A stretch of DNA of 63,659 bases, filler included, from Octopus bimaculoides (GCF_001194135.2; 6 parts of 6 records of this genome joined end to end with filler, not necessarily neighbours in it), one strand, 5' to 3'; positions 36,544 through 49,200 are shown, numbered from the whole stretch's first letter. Notes: a model not told the origin generated them from the sequence alone. Numbers and translations: made by a program.

Positions 36544-39049
36544 ATTACCCATTTTGTCTTCAATTTCATTGTTTGTTTACATCTGACGTCTCGATACAAA
36601 ACGTTGCAAAAAATAAGTGTCGGTTTTAATTTCTGTAGAAAGAACCCTAACAAAATAACTTTAAAGGTTGACTTTAGAATGGTATAAAATGTTAACTACT
36701 TCTAACAAATAGCTGCCTTGCACATTCTAATGTTAAAAAAAAAAAAAAAACATAAACATGATTGTGATAAAGCGTGGCTGTGTGGTAAGAAACTACCTTC
36801 CCAACAACATTGTTCTGGGTTCAGTCTTCCTGCGTGGCACCTTGGGCAAGTGTCTTCTACTATAGCCTAAGGCCAACCAAAGCCTTCTAAGTGGATTTAG
36901 TCGACGGAAACTGAAAGAAGCCCATCGTGTATGTATGTGTGTGTGCGTGCATGAGTGTATGTATGTATGTATGTATGTATGTATGTATGTGTGTGTGTGC
37001 ATGTGTGTGTGTAAATGTTTGTGTGTCTGTGTTTGTCCCCACCACCATTGCTCGACAACCAAGGTTGGTGTGTTTACATCCCCATAACTTACCGGTTTGG
37101 CAAAAGAAAGACCAATAGAATAAGTACTAGGCTTACAAAGAATAAGTCCTGGAGTCGATTTGTTCAACTAAAGGCGGTGCTCCAGCATGGCCACAGTCAA
37201 ATGACTGAAACAAGTAAAAGAATAAGAGATTATAATAAAGAGGATTAGCCTAAACACCAAGGCAGAAGCACTAAGGAATCCATGAACTAAACCGTATAGA
37301 ATAGACAGAATTAAAAGAAAAGGTTAGTAATAAATACAAGAGACATGGGTTCCAGTTGATCCGATCAACGGAACAGCCTGCTCGTGAAATTAACGTGCAA
37401 GTGGCTGAGTACTCCACAGACACGCGTACCTTTAACGTAGTTTTCGGGGAGATTCAGCATAACACAGAGTGTGATAAGGCTGGCCCTTTGAATTACAGGT
37501 ACAACAGAAACAGGAAGTAAGAGTGAGAGAAAGTTGTGGTGAAAGAGTACAGCAGGGTTCGCCACCATCCCCTGCCAGAACCTTGTGGAGCTTTAGGTGT
37601 TTTCGCTCAATAAATACTCACAACGCCCGGTCGGGGAATCGAAACCGCGATCCTATGACCACGAGCCCGCTGCCTTAACCACTGGGNNNNNNNNNNCTCC
37701 ACTGGAAGTCCAAATACCCGTTATTTATATAAGGTAAATGTGCAAAATACAACGCCCGATCTGGGAATCGAAACTGTGATCCTATGACCGTGAGTCCACT
37801 GCCCTAACCACTGGGCCATTGCGCCTCCACACAAGAGACGCATTAGATTAATACTCAAAACACAGCTAAATGCAAAAAAAAAACAGAAAAAACAAAATAA
37901 TAGACATCTATATTCAAGGTGTACTTCGGCTACCTTAACACAATGAATCAACCTCAGAATTTATTCTTTGTAAGACTAGTACTTATTCTATCGGTATCTT
38001 TTGCCTCACTGCTAAGTTACAGGGACGTAAAAACAACAACATGTGTTGTCAAACAGTGGGAGGGGGAAAACACAGACACAAAGTAATACACACACACACA
38101 CACACACACACATACCCACAAGAGTAAACAAGAGAGACAGAGACAGGCAGAAACAAGGAAAATGTATTTGAATACTATGCAAATATTCTTTTAAAAAACT
38201 TTTCATTTAATTTTTCTAAAATTTAATTTTTCCAAAATTTAATTGTTTTCCATACTTACAGTTGAAAAAGTCTCAATGACTGAAACCGGTACTGAAATGT
38301 TTTTTTATTTTAGCAATTTCTACCTTGACTTTTTTNNNNNNNNNNNNNNNNNNNNNNNNNNNNNNNNNNNNNNNNNNNNNNNNNNNNNNNNNNNNNNNNN
38401 NNNNNNNNNNNNNNNNNNNNNNNNNNNNNNNNNNNNNNNNNNNNNNNNNNNNNNNNNNNNNNNNNNNNNNNNNNNNNNNNNNNNNNNNNNNNNNNAATAA
38501 AAAATGTTAGAAAACAGTTCGAGTATTAAAATGCATATATACATTCTTTGATGATAAAATATATTTAAAGTATAAAGCTTTGTATGAACTTTGTAGTGTT
38601 ACATACTGATTATCACACATTCTCTGATATTAAAATGAAAATGTTAAAAACAGTGTATGAAAATACACATATGGAAAAATACATATACATATTCTTATAC
38701 ATATTCTTTGACAATCGAATAAAGTTGAGGAGGAACTGACCTGGCTTTTTTCTCTTGTGTATATTGAGGGAATGCTTTACTGTCTTAAGAGACAGTATAT
38801 ACAGCAGGCTTTTTCAGTTCCCGTTGACCAAATCCATTCACAAGGTTTTGGTCAGCCCGTGGCTGTAGGAGAACACACTTGCCCCGGATTGCCGGGACTG
38901 AACCCTGAATTATATGGTTGGGAAGCAGGTTGCTTACCACTCAACCTCGCCTGCAATTTGGCACGGTGGAGATGACTCCATCAAAGCACTGAGGGTTAAA
39001 ACACCTGAAAGTCATAGACAGGTGAGACAACTCACCCAAATCCTATTCA

Positions 39050-39425
39050 TGAGCGATGGACATCGATGTTTCACCAGTTTTGTGGCTTATCAAAATCACA
39101 TACTTAAACCGAATTAATGTTATGGCACTCGTGCCGGTGGCATGTGAACAAAACATTGGACTGACTCCTGTGCAGGTGGCACGTAAAAATTACCATTTGA
39201 GCGTGGCCGTTGCCAGTACCGCCACACTGGCCATCATGCCGGTGGCACATAAAAAACACCCACTACACTCTCGGAGGGGTTGGCATTAGGAAGGGCATCC
39301 AGCTGTAGAAACTCTGCCAGATCAGATTGGAGTCTGGTGTAGCCATCCGCTTCGCCAGTCCCCAGTCAAATCGTCCAATCCATGCTAGCATGGAAAGCGG
39401 ACGTTAAATGATGGTGATGATGATG
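39050..39425 (+). mobile_element. SINE-like / LINE-3'-end family C with (GAT)n tail
   Basis: Core TTGGCRTTAGGAAGGGCATCCAGCTGTAGAAAC..CATGCTAGCATGGAAAG.GGACGTTAAA.GATGATGA. Copies at about 15590-15750, 18260-18400, 23040-23200, 42370-42870, 44600-44790, 46500-47230 (several), 50950-51140(-), 52250-52480(-), 54960-55140, 56000-56290, 59440-59580 and 61020-61240(-). Confidence 0.85.
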
Positions 39426-39659
39426 ATGAATTAATTTTCTTCTCTATAAGGTCTTCGACCCCGAAAGGATGAAAAGTAAAGTCGACCGTGGCGGAATTTG
39501 AACTCAGAATGTAAAGACGGAAGAAATCTCATGAAGCATTTTGCTTGACATGCCAGATTCTGCCAGCTCTCTGCTTCCCCTCGTATTGCTTGCTGGAAGT
39601 GGTGGAAACACTGTTGTCCGGAGCGAAACGAAAACAAGCATTGATTACTTTTTGTTTGA

Positions 39660-40030
39660 AAAGAGCACGCCTGGTGACTAGGTTTGTTTTGTGGTCTGTT
39701 GCATCTTGTAGAAGCACCGAGGTTGGAGGGATGGCAGGAGATCTGTCTACTGTGTCCGCTCAGCTGTTCTTCAAATCTGACCATTTTAAAGTTATTTGAG
39801 AAAACATACAGCTCTGGGATAACTGACCAGCCGACTCCAAGCTATCAGCGGTACTTTACTGAACTGTTCGTGAGAAGCGATTGACTGAAGATGATAGACT
39901 TCAGTACTTATTCTACCTGAAGATGGAGAGTGCTGTGAAAAACCAGTTTCAACAGATGAAGTAGCAGACATGATAGGCGACTGTTCAATAGAAAAATTAC
40001 CAGGGTTGGGCTATGTTTCCTGTGAAACTT
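39660..40030 (+). mobile_element. Tx1/L1-like ORF2 fragment (pre-RT region)
   Basis: YFTELF..ECCEKPVSTDEVADMIGDCSIEKLPGLG resembles the E-V..KSPG.DG region preceding RT domain 1. Confidence 0.5.
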
Positions 40031-40282
40031 AGTGTTAAATATCAGATTTATTCGCTATTTTCACTGTATTGAAAGTGTTTTACGTAGGATGTGCGCAGTG
40101 CCAAGTAGTGCTATTTCCTGTATGTTATATACATTTGTAAGTCCTGGTGTTTTGGTTACATATTTGTCTGAATGTTTTTTTTTTATCATACCTAATGCAT
40201 CTACTATGATAGGAATTGCTTTTGCTTTTAGGCTCCACATTTGAGTTACTTCTATTTCCAGCTCTTTCTATTTTGAGAGTTT
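40030..40282 (-). mobile_element. 3' fragment of a second R4/Dong-like element
   Basis: MWSLKAKAIPIIVDALGMIKK..IQEIALLGTAHILRKTL RLE C-terminus; abuts (TAA)n at 40283-40335. Confidence 0.75.
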
Positions 40283-40335
40283 ATTATTATTATTATTATT
40301 ATTATTATCATTATTATTATTATTATTATTATTTT

Positions 40336-41745
40336 ATTGTCTTTGCACAGCTTCTAAGGCTGGATATGTACTACAGTGTCAGCTGTTCACTACCAGTGGA
40401 CTAAGGTAACACCTCTTATTTTTCGAGCACCTTCCGGAGTATTCGAGCGGTTCCAAGCAGTGCTGTTTTCTGCAAGTGCTCCATGTACTTCTCGAGATTT
40501 TTACTCAGTTTCCAGGGCTCCGACAATTACTGGTACTACTACCACCTTTTTCAGCGACCATAACTGCTTAACCTCCCAAGCTAACCTGTCATATCTCTCG
40601 ACTTTTCTTTCTTCCTTATCGCATACCTTGTTGTCCGCTGGGCATGCTATATCTATGATCCAGCATCGTTTGCTTTCTTTCTCAATTAACTGGTTTCTTA
40701 TTATCTACCTCATGGTTGCACTGAATCACAAAATCCCATAAGATTTTTGCATTATCATTTTCAATGATGCCTTCGGGTTTATGTTCGTACCACTTTTTTG
40801 CTCTGTCAAGTTCATACTTGTTGCAAAGCGTCCAATGGACAATCCTTGTTATATTGTCATGACATCTCTTATATTCCTTCTGGGCTAAGAGGCGTACACT
40901 GACTGGTGATATGCCATACGATTTCAGCATTTTGTCCACAAATTCTGCACTTATCACTTTCTGATATGTTGTCTATTCTGTATTTGATGTAGTTTGTTCT
41001 TAATGCTTGCTCTTGGGCAGCACAGATTAGAGCCTCCATTTCCAGTTTTAAATCACCTTTAGTCATCCATAGCCATCTTTTTTCTCTGTAATTCTTATCT
41101 TCAACATCCCTATGAAACTGTCCATGCATTCTTTTCTTTATCCACCTATTTTCAGTGTCAGTCATTCTCAAATGCTTGTACAGTGCTTTATCTTTGCAAT
41201 CTTACATCCTACACAAACCTAACCTTCTTACTTTCAATAATAACGGTTCTGTGGCATTTTTTCCATACCATGCTATGTTGTTTTCTTCTGCTCTAATGCT
41301 GTGTTCGTATCCAATCAGTCCTCTTCCCCCACTTTTTCTTGGTACATACTGTATGTTTATGTCACGTTTGGGCTGATCCAACTTCAGGCAACAACTTGAG
41401 ATAGGCGTCATCAAACTCTAAACTCTTCCATTTCACCATGTCTAACTCATAAAGAGGTGTAACTTGCCAGTGTAAGTAGCTAGGGGTACAAAATAGAAGA
41501 TATGATGACAGCTTAAAGAAATGATATAACATAAGGTACTTACCGATAATAAATCCATTCGGGCCAAAAAGAAACCCACCAAGTAGTGTTATAACAATCG
41601 TAAATATGTAACCTTTCAAGTTGTTATCTGTTGAAATGGCCATTTTCTCATGATCACAAACAGTGTAAACACTTCGTAAAACCTGCTGCTCAGAAAGTAC
41701 CATAACTGTATTAGAGTTAGAAAAAATACAAACGTTTAACAAATA
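40336..41745 (-). mobile_element. 5'-truncated R4/Dong-clade non-LTR retrotransposon (RT end, CCHC, restriction-like endonuclease), frameshifted
   Basis: RDINIQYVPRKSGGRGL; MHGQFHR; EALICAAQEQALRTN; CRICG..E..WHITSQC; HDNI.RIVHW; ILWDF; IIDIACP..K; VPVIVGALG; 3' UTR ending in (TAA)n. Confidence 0.92.
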
Positions 41746-41968
41746 TGGATTTTTCTTTTATTTATTAATTTTTTTCAGTCATTGGACTACGGCCATGCTG
41801 GAGCACAACCTTTAGTCGAACAAATCGACCCCAGGACGTATTCTTTGTAAGCCTAGTACTTATTCTATTGGTCTCGCTTTTGCTGAACTGCTAAGTTACA
41901 GGGGCATAAACACACCAACATAGATTGTTAAGCGATGGTGGGGGAACAAACATACAAACACACACACA

Positions 41969-42002
<34 letters not shown>

Positions 42003-42874
42003 GATATATATATATATACGACAGGCTTCTTTCAGTTTCCGTCTACCAAATCTACTCACAAGGCGTTGGTCAGTCCGAGGCATCAATGCCTCCTGGACTA
42101 CAGGTGTTACCAGTTAAAAATAAAGACCTCAACGCTCACACCCCCTGGGGATGAGGAAATGAGCATTGTGCAACGTGCCTGTATATGAACTGTCAAATTT
42201 TAAAAATATCAAATTAAATGGTATAAAAATGTATGCTTATTAGTAGCATAACACAAAAATAAAAAAGATTATTCGATAGTCAAATATGGTCACTATTTAA
42301 AGATGCTTACATTTTTCGTATTTTGTACAATTTCTCAGTGTCCTGCCTGTACGTAATTATACCAACCTTCCTTTATTGGACACTAAACTCAGCTTGCGAA
42401 GACCTGTTGGGGCAAGTGAGATCGAAACTGAACCAAATTTGATGGCTAGCACCCGTGCCAGTGGAGCGCTAACGGCACCATCCGAGTGGGATCACTGCCA
42501 GAGCAGCAATCTCACTCCCATGCCGGTAGCACGTAAAAAGCACCATTTGAGCGCAATCATTTCCAGCTTCGCCTTACTGGCACTTGTGCCGGTGGCATGT
42601 GAACAAAACATTGGACTGACTCCTGTGCAGGTGGCACGTAAAAAACACCATTTTGCGCGCAGCCGTTGCCAGTACCGCCAGACTGGCCCTCATACCGGTG
42701 GCACGTAAAAAGCACCCACTAGACTCTTGGAGTGGTTGGCGTTAGGAAGGGGCATCCAGCTGTAGAAACTCTGCCAGATCAGATTAGAGTCTGGTGTAGC
42801 CAACCGCTTCACCAGTCCCCAGTGAAATCGTCCAATCCATGCTAGCATGGAAAGTGGACGTTAAATGATGGTGA

Positions 42875-43017
42875 TTCCCAGTCGTAACCGGTAGATTCCC
42901 AGTCGTAACCGGTAGATTCCCAGTCGTAACCGGTAGATTCCCAGTCGTAACCGGTAGATTCCCAGTCGTAACCGGTAGATTCCCAGTCATAACCGGTAGA
43001 TTCCCAGTCGTAACCAA
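42875..43017. repeat. 21-bp minisatellite (~7 copies, ATTCCCAGTCGTAACCGGTAG)
   Basis: Near-perfect tandem copies attached to the tail of a family C element. Confidence 0.95.
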
Positions 43018-43432
43018 ATGAGACTATTTCGTTCTTGGTCTACCCCTAAGTCTCTCTAGATTGGCTCGGTTTGAAGAACCCTCCTTGTGGTTCTCTCAAG
43101 TGACATTCTACTCTCGAACCAAAGAAGGAAGGCTCAACCTGGAGAGACTTCCTGATCTTCGAGCCTCGCAGCCTGTCGTGTAATATTGCTCCAGAGATCC
43201 TACGAAGGAACCATTTTGGCCACTTGTATTTGCAACCAAACCCTTTCCCTCATACAGTTCTATATTTAAGAGATGAGGAATTATGTACATTATTTACATT
43301 ATTTACATTTGACGGATATTTGTCCTCATCTTGTTTGTTGTTAACACGTTTCGGCTGATGTACCCTCCACCCTTCATCAGCTGTCTGGGGGAAATTTTGA
43401 ACCTGGGTTCTCATTCCTAAGGTATTTTTTGA

Positions 43433-43468
<36 letters not shown>

Positions 43469-43525
43469 CATCATCATTATTATTCAGGTCACTGCCTGGA
43501 ATCAAACTCGGAATCTTGGAGTTAG

Positions 43526-43580
43526 TAGTGTAGTGGTTAAGAACGCAGGCTACTAACCTCAAGATTCTGAGTTCGATTCC
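43526..43580 (+). promoter_or_regulatory. tRNA-type (RNA polymerase III type 2) internal promoter
   Basis: A box TAGTGTAGTGG at 43526-43536 fits TRGYNNARYGG; B box GTTCGATTCC at 43571-43580. Confidence 0.7.
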
Positions 43581-43615
43581 AGACAGTGACCTGAAAAATA
43601 ATCATAATAATAATG

Positions 43616-43652
<37 letters not shown>

Positions 43653-43719
43653 TAATGATAATAATAATAACATTGAAAAATACCTTATGAATGAGAACCC
43701 AGGTTTGAAATTTCCCCAA

Positions 43720-43765
43720 GACACCTGATGAAGGGTGGAGGGTACATCAGCCGAAACGTTGTGTT
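43720..43765 (+). ncRNA. minimal type I hammerhead ribozyme (GUU triplet)
   Basis: GACAC-CTGATGA-A-GGGTG..CAGCC-GAA-ACGT-T/GTGTT; one mismatch in stem II. Confidence 0.7.
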
Positions 43766-44464
43766 AACAACAAACAAGATGAGGACAAATATCCATCAAA
43801 TGTAAATAGTCTTTCAATCATTATCTAGCTTTCAGGACCCAAAAATATTTAAAAAAAAAAAAAAAAATACAACATATTTATGCTTTCCGAATATTTGAGA
43901 ACCTCATACATGAAGAAATGTGATGGATATGAAAACATCTGTTTATATGAGTGATATAAACTGCCATTAAGGCAGTGAGCTGGCAAAAACGTTATCATGC
44001 CGGACGAAATGCTTAGCGGTAGCGGTATTTCGTCTGTCTTTACCTTTACCTTTACGTTTTGAGTTCAAATTCTGCCGAGGACGACTTTGCCTTTCACCAT
44101 TTCGGGGTTGATAAAATTAAGTACCAGTTGCGTACTGGGTCGATCTAATCGACTGGCCCCCTCCCCAAAATAAATTTCATGCCTTGTTCCTAGGGTAGAA
44201 AAGTATATTTGTTCCTTTATTAATTGAATGCAAGAATATTCTTTTTGCTCATTGGCATGTATGTGTGTGCGTGTGTGCATGTCTGTGTGTGTGTGTGCAT
44301 GTCTCTGTGTGTGTGTGTGATTTCTTTTTCCTTAAATGCAATGTTTCAGAAAACAACAGCCAAACACTTTCGTCCACCTCAACCCACATCTTTAATCATT
44401 TGTCACTGGGTCTTCACTCAAGCATAAATGTCTGCCTACACACTTTTTCTCTTCCTCAATCCCT

Positions 44465-44496
<32 letters not shown>

Positions 44497-44787
44497 CAAA
44501 TGCAGAAGCTTATGTATTCATCTCTTCAGCAAGACACTCGTTCCTATCTCCCTAGCTTACTTTCTTATCCCACAATACTACAACTCACTCGGTTGCTGGA
44601 TCTTCTCTTACGGGCACTTGGTGCCACAAAAAGGGGCTATCAGTGCACTCGGAAAACTGGTTGGCATTTTCAAGGGGCATTCAGTTGTGGAAACCTACGA
44701 AAGATAGCGGAGATTGGCACAGCCCTCTGGCTCATCGGTTGCTGTCAGGCCTTCTAACCCATACCAGCATGGAAAAGGAGACGTTAT

Positions 44788-44978
44788 GGATGATGATGAT
44801 GATGATGATGATGACGATGACGACGACCACAATTGTGATAACGACAACGATGACGACAACGGTGGAGGTGATGACGATGACATCTGTGATGACGACGACA
44901 ATGATGATGACGACGACGATAATGATGATGATGAAGATGGCGACGACGATGATGACAATGATGACGATGATGGTGGTA

Positions 44979-45011
<33 letters not shown>

Positions 45012-45035
45012 GCAACGACGATGACGACGACATGT
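44788..45035. repeat. cryptic (GAT/GAC)n trinucleotide tract
   Basis: Extends from the (GAT)n tail of a family C element. Confidence 0.95.
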
Positions 45036-45363
45036 ACTACAGAAGTTGTCGCTCCTTACAAAAGTAATGACATGAATATTCTATAAAACAATTCACAAAA
45101 CGTCCGTTAATTCTACAATGTGTTTTTTTTTTCTTACAAAGTAATCTTAATGTCTAATAATGGAACTTTGTCCATTCATTCATATTCTGTACCATATAAG
45201 AACCGATTCCATCGCAATGTTCAATAGCTTGTTTAGAAAGTTGAAAGAAATTCCATCTGACTTAAGAAAATATCACAACGACACAATTTAGGAGAGAACT
45301 CTCTTGTATTCTTCGTTGAGGAGAGAATAAAGCGGTGGAGTGGAAGACAATCTATAAAGTGCA

Positions 45364-45442
<79 letters not shown>

Positions 45443-45795
45443 GAGTCGAAATTAAAAGAAGAGTGCCACTGTTGTTATCTAGTGAACGATATTTCGACAT
45501 CTTGTGTGTTTTCAACTGGTTGAAAAAATAAATTAGTCAATCTACTTCATTTTGGTTAATATAGAAAGGATTGAGGTAACTCCTCCTGAAGATATAGAGT
45601 CAAAATTAAAAGAAGAGTGCTATTGTTATCTACTTCATTTTGGTTAATATAGAAAGGATTGAGGTAACTCCTCCTGAAGATATAGAGTCAAAATTNNNNN
45701 NNNNNNNNNNNNNNNNNNNNNNNNNNNNNNNNNNNNNNNTTAATTAATTAANNNNNNNNNNNNNNNNNNNNNNNNNNNNNNNNNNNNNNNNNNNN

Positions 45796-46201
45796 TCTCT
45801 ATATATAAAGATGAGAATGTGTGTCTGTGTGAATCCCTAAAACTCAAGAGCTACACGACTCTCTTTTACAAACCCAGTGAAAATACATATATTTCATATG
45901 TCAAAGAAATTCAAGCAATACATATAACACCAAAGTTAAAAACATTCCCAACAATTCCACAATCCCCAACCTCCAGAGCTATTGAAGAAACTGTTATCAT
46001 CAACTTTATATACATATGAGTTGAAAACTTTCTTCTAGCATTCCACTTAATATCTATGTTCCATGCTGGCATGGATTGGAGAGTTATTAATGTAGAAATA
46101 TGGTATCGTAGCTACTAACAGTTGAGGGTTGCATAGTCTAGATGGCGTTTTTAGATTTCATTATTCTCTTTAACCCGGGCAACGCTGGGTGTTTCTGCTA
46201 G
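45796..46201 (+). mobile_element. probable non-autonomous Helitron
   Basis: 5' TCTCTATATATAAA; 3' hairpin CCCGGGCAACGCTGGG (46174-46189) followed by CTAG|T at 46198-46202. Confidence 0.6.
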
Positions 46202-49200
46202 TATATATATATAAAACAGGCTTCTTTCAGTTTCTGTCTACCGAATCCACTCATAATGCTTTGGTCGGCCCAAGGCTATAGCAGAAGATGCTTGTCCAAG
46301 GTGTCATGCAGTGGGACTGAGCCTGGAACCATGTGGTTGGGAAGCAAGCTTCTTACCACACAGCCACTCCTGTGCCTAAACAACAATACCATTCCCATGC
46401 CAGAAATTGAACCTGAGATGCCTGAATGAAAGCCAGGAATCCTAACTACTAGACAATGCTTACATTCTTCACTGATATATGGAAGACACACACACATATA
46501 ACTTGGTGACTTTGCTGGGGCTGGTGCCATATAAAAAATATACTCAGTAAACTGATTGGTAATTAGGAAGGGCAGCATCCAGTCAAGGAATCAGCTACAG
46601 CAAAGAGCAGAACTTGATGCAATCATTTGGCTCACAACTGACTCCTGTCAAGCCATCCAACCAATGCCAGTATGGAAAGCAGACATTAAATGATGATGAT
46701 ATATAAAGCAAGAAAACTATCCTGGCCCCTGCATTCTTTCATACTTTAACCTCTCATCACTTGGCATAAGACCATCTGTCCTCTGTACTGAAGTCCCACT
46801 CAGTTGAAGGAGTACTTAGTCATGTGCAAGCTACATGATAACCTCATGGGTGCTGGTGCCACAAGGAAAGCACCCATTACACATTTAAAATGGTTGGCAT
46901 CAAATTGTGGAATCCATTCCAAAACAGATATTGGAGCACAATTCAGTCCTTGAATCCATTGGATCCTGTTGAGTCATCCAACATATGCTAGCATGGCAGA
47001 TGGACAGTAAAGAATGATGATACATACATACATTCATACATGTAATGGTGTGACATACAAATCACTCGCTAGACTCTGTAAAGTGGTTGATGCTTTAGGA
47101 AGGGCATCCAGCTGTAGAAAACATATCAAAACAGACAATTGGAGCCTGATGTAGCTCTCCAGCTCCTGTCAAACTGTTCAACCCAAGCCAGCATGGAAAA
47201 TGGATGTTAAATGATGATGATGATGATTTTTAATGACGACGAGGGCCAAAGGCATTGAGTACAATGTAAGGGTGAACAGACAAGAATCAAGTAAAAATCA
47301 ACACAAGAAAAAGATATAAACAAGAAAATTTCTCAAATGGAAAACAGGGAAGACAAGGCAATACAAGGAAAGTCCAACACAGAAATTTGGATTACTGTTA
47401 AATCCAGAGCATCTGAAGTGTTTCTATCTTGTTTTTTTTTTTTCCTCCTATTTAGAAAAGCAAACTGAGGGCAGGTCCATTCAGCCTCATTTGTCATGCC
47501 ACTGTAACCCACCTTTTGTTATGAACCACAAAGCTCTTTCTCTAATCTCACCTTCCTCTTCAAATGGTTATTTAATAATTTGATGGCCAGATACGAGACT
47601 ACAACACAAAGTTGCTTTTTCCTTGGCCACACAGTAGAGGAATCTAACTATCAGCCAAGTTGAATCTTGCTAATGGTCATCCTACACGCAACAAGAGCTG
47701 TTCAACACATGCCCACAAGTTGCTAATGCACATACACACACACAATTGTATGCAACACAGTTTCACTGCCCTACATGTACCTTAAGCAGTTGCATGTGGA
47801 ACAATGTTGACATTTTCATACCCAAAGAGCTTGTCTCAAACACGTACTGACTTACAACTCTGTAGCACTGCTAGGCTAAGAACTTTCAAAAGATGTCCAT
47901 AATCCAGTTCATGTGGGACGCTTTCCAAAGTCTTCAGTCCTGCAGCAATGGCTCCAGAGTTGAAGGTAAGATAAGAGACGGCCTCTTTAGCTAAACAGTT
48001 TCAAGATGTGGCCATTTAGTTTAACCATCAAAACAGATGCCATATTGTGGCATGTGTGTGGGTGTGTGTGTTGTAATGCAGTTGGTGTTAACATTTTTGC
48101 ATGGTAGTCTTCAAGAGGACCTCACAGAAATGGTTCTTTTTACCATCTCTCAACTCTGATTGAAATGATACCATACATGGCTACTATGATAATAATAAAG
48201 AAGAATAATAAAATAAATTATAAGTAATAAGATATACTAGTGGGACCTGTGAATATTTCACAGAATTACTGGTAAACCTATTTGGTTATTTCTGAAACCT
48301 TTATCCAAAAAACCTGTGCTGTTCTGTATGGAAAAATAGTTGCTCATCTGCTACTCATTGAAAAGTAAAAGAAACTGGAATATGATGATTACTTAATGCG
48401 GTTTATATATACATTTTATATACTTTATGCACAATTTTATATGCATACAACTGCTACATAAATAAGCGTGAATATTTCACGGAATTGCAGTTATATACTT
48501 GTGTTAAGTGATATGTGATATAAAAGGCTTAGTTCGATTAAAAAAAAAACACTTTTCACTATCCAGTCACCACTGCCACCTCCATCTCCACCATCATTAT
48601 CTCTCTCTGTGCCTTTCTTTAACCTCAACATCAGAACACAATCCCTCTAATAAAATTATATTTTTAACTCTCCCCCTCTATATCATCACTACCTTCAACT
48701 AACTTTTTTAACCACGTAATAAATATTATGTTCCCCCTACATCATGGACGCTTCTCTCTCCCTCTTTTTCTGTCTCCCTTTTAGCCTTATCCTCTTTTTC
48801 TCTCTCATTTTTCTTTCTCCTTTCTTTCTCTTCATCTAATCGCGTGAAAGTGTTACAATTACATTCCCTCAACCTCACATCATGGACACTTCTCTTTTCC
48901 TCTTTCTCTCGAATCACAAGAAAGCATCACCGATGGGCTAAGTAATAGAATGACAAGCAGAATTATTATAAGATGCATTTTTCCACCCTTCGAGAAAAAA
49001 AATTCTCAAAGGGTGGACAACAGAAAGGTATGTTTAGAAGTGATTATCTGCCCCTGAACAGCAACTCCAGTTCTCTGTCTCTACCAAACATATACAGCTT
49101 CCAGTAAGACCACCAGGTATATATTACATGCACCAAAACTACTACAGTTGGAGGCATGAGATGACACAATTGATTAGAAAGAAAACCAAAAGAAAGTAAC

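Larger units (their letters stand above)
43252..43808. mobile_element. fold-back retroelement: inverted partial copy plus copy with tRNA-type head, (AAT)n and hammerhead
   Basis: Arms about 43300-43528 and 43550-43808 are reverse complements around a 21-nt spacer. Confidence 0.88.

Noticed and set aside
38260-38291. Possible 32-nt minus-strand microexon with perfect GTAAGT donor
   Set aside because: The acceptor has a poor pyrimidine tract and there is no supporting neighbour or homology.
42784-43017. VTTGNLP x7 peptide repeat
   Set aside because: Translation of the 21-bp minisatellite, running into a SINE.
43520-43592. Possible functional tRNA gene
   Set aside because: A and B boxes are good, but the acceptor, anticodon and T stems do not close properly; treated as a SINE-type head.
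44714-45067. Poly-Asp ORF resembling acidic biomineralisation proteins
   Set aside because: It is the expanded (GAT)n tail of a family C repeat; the ORF start lies within the repeat and there are no splice or signal features.
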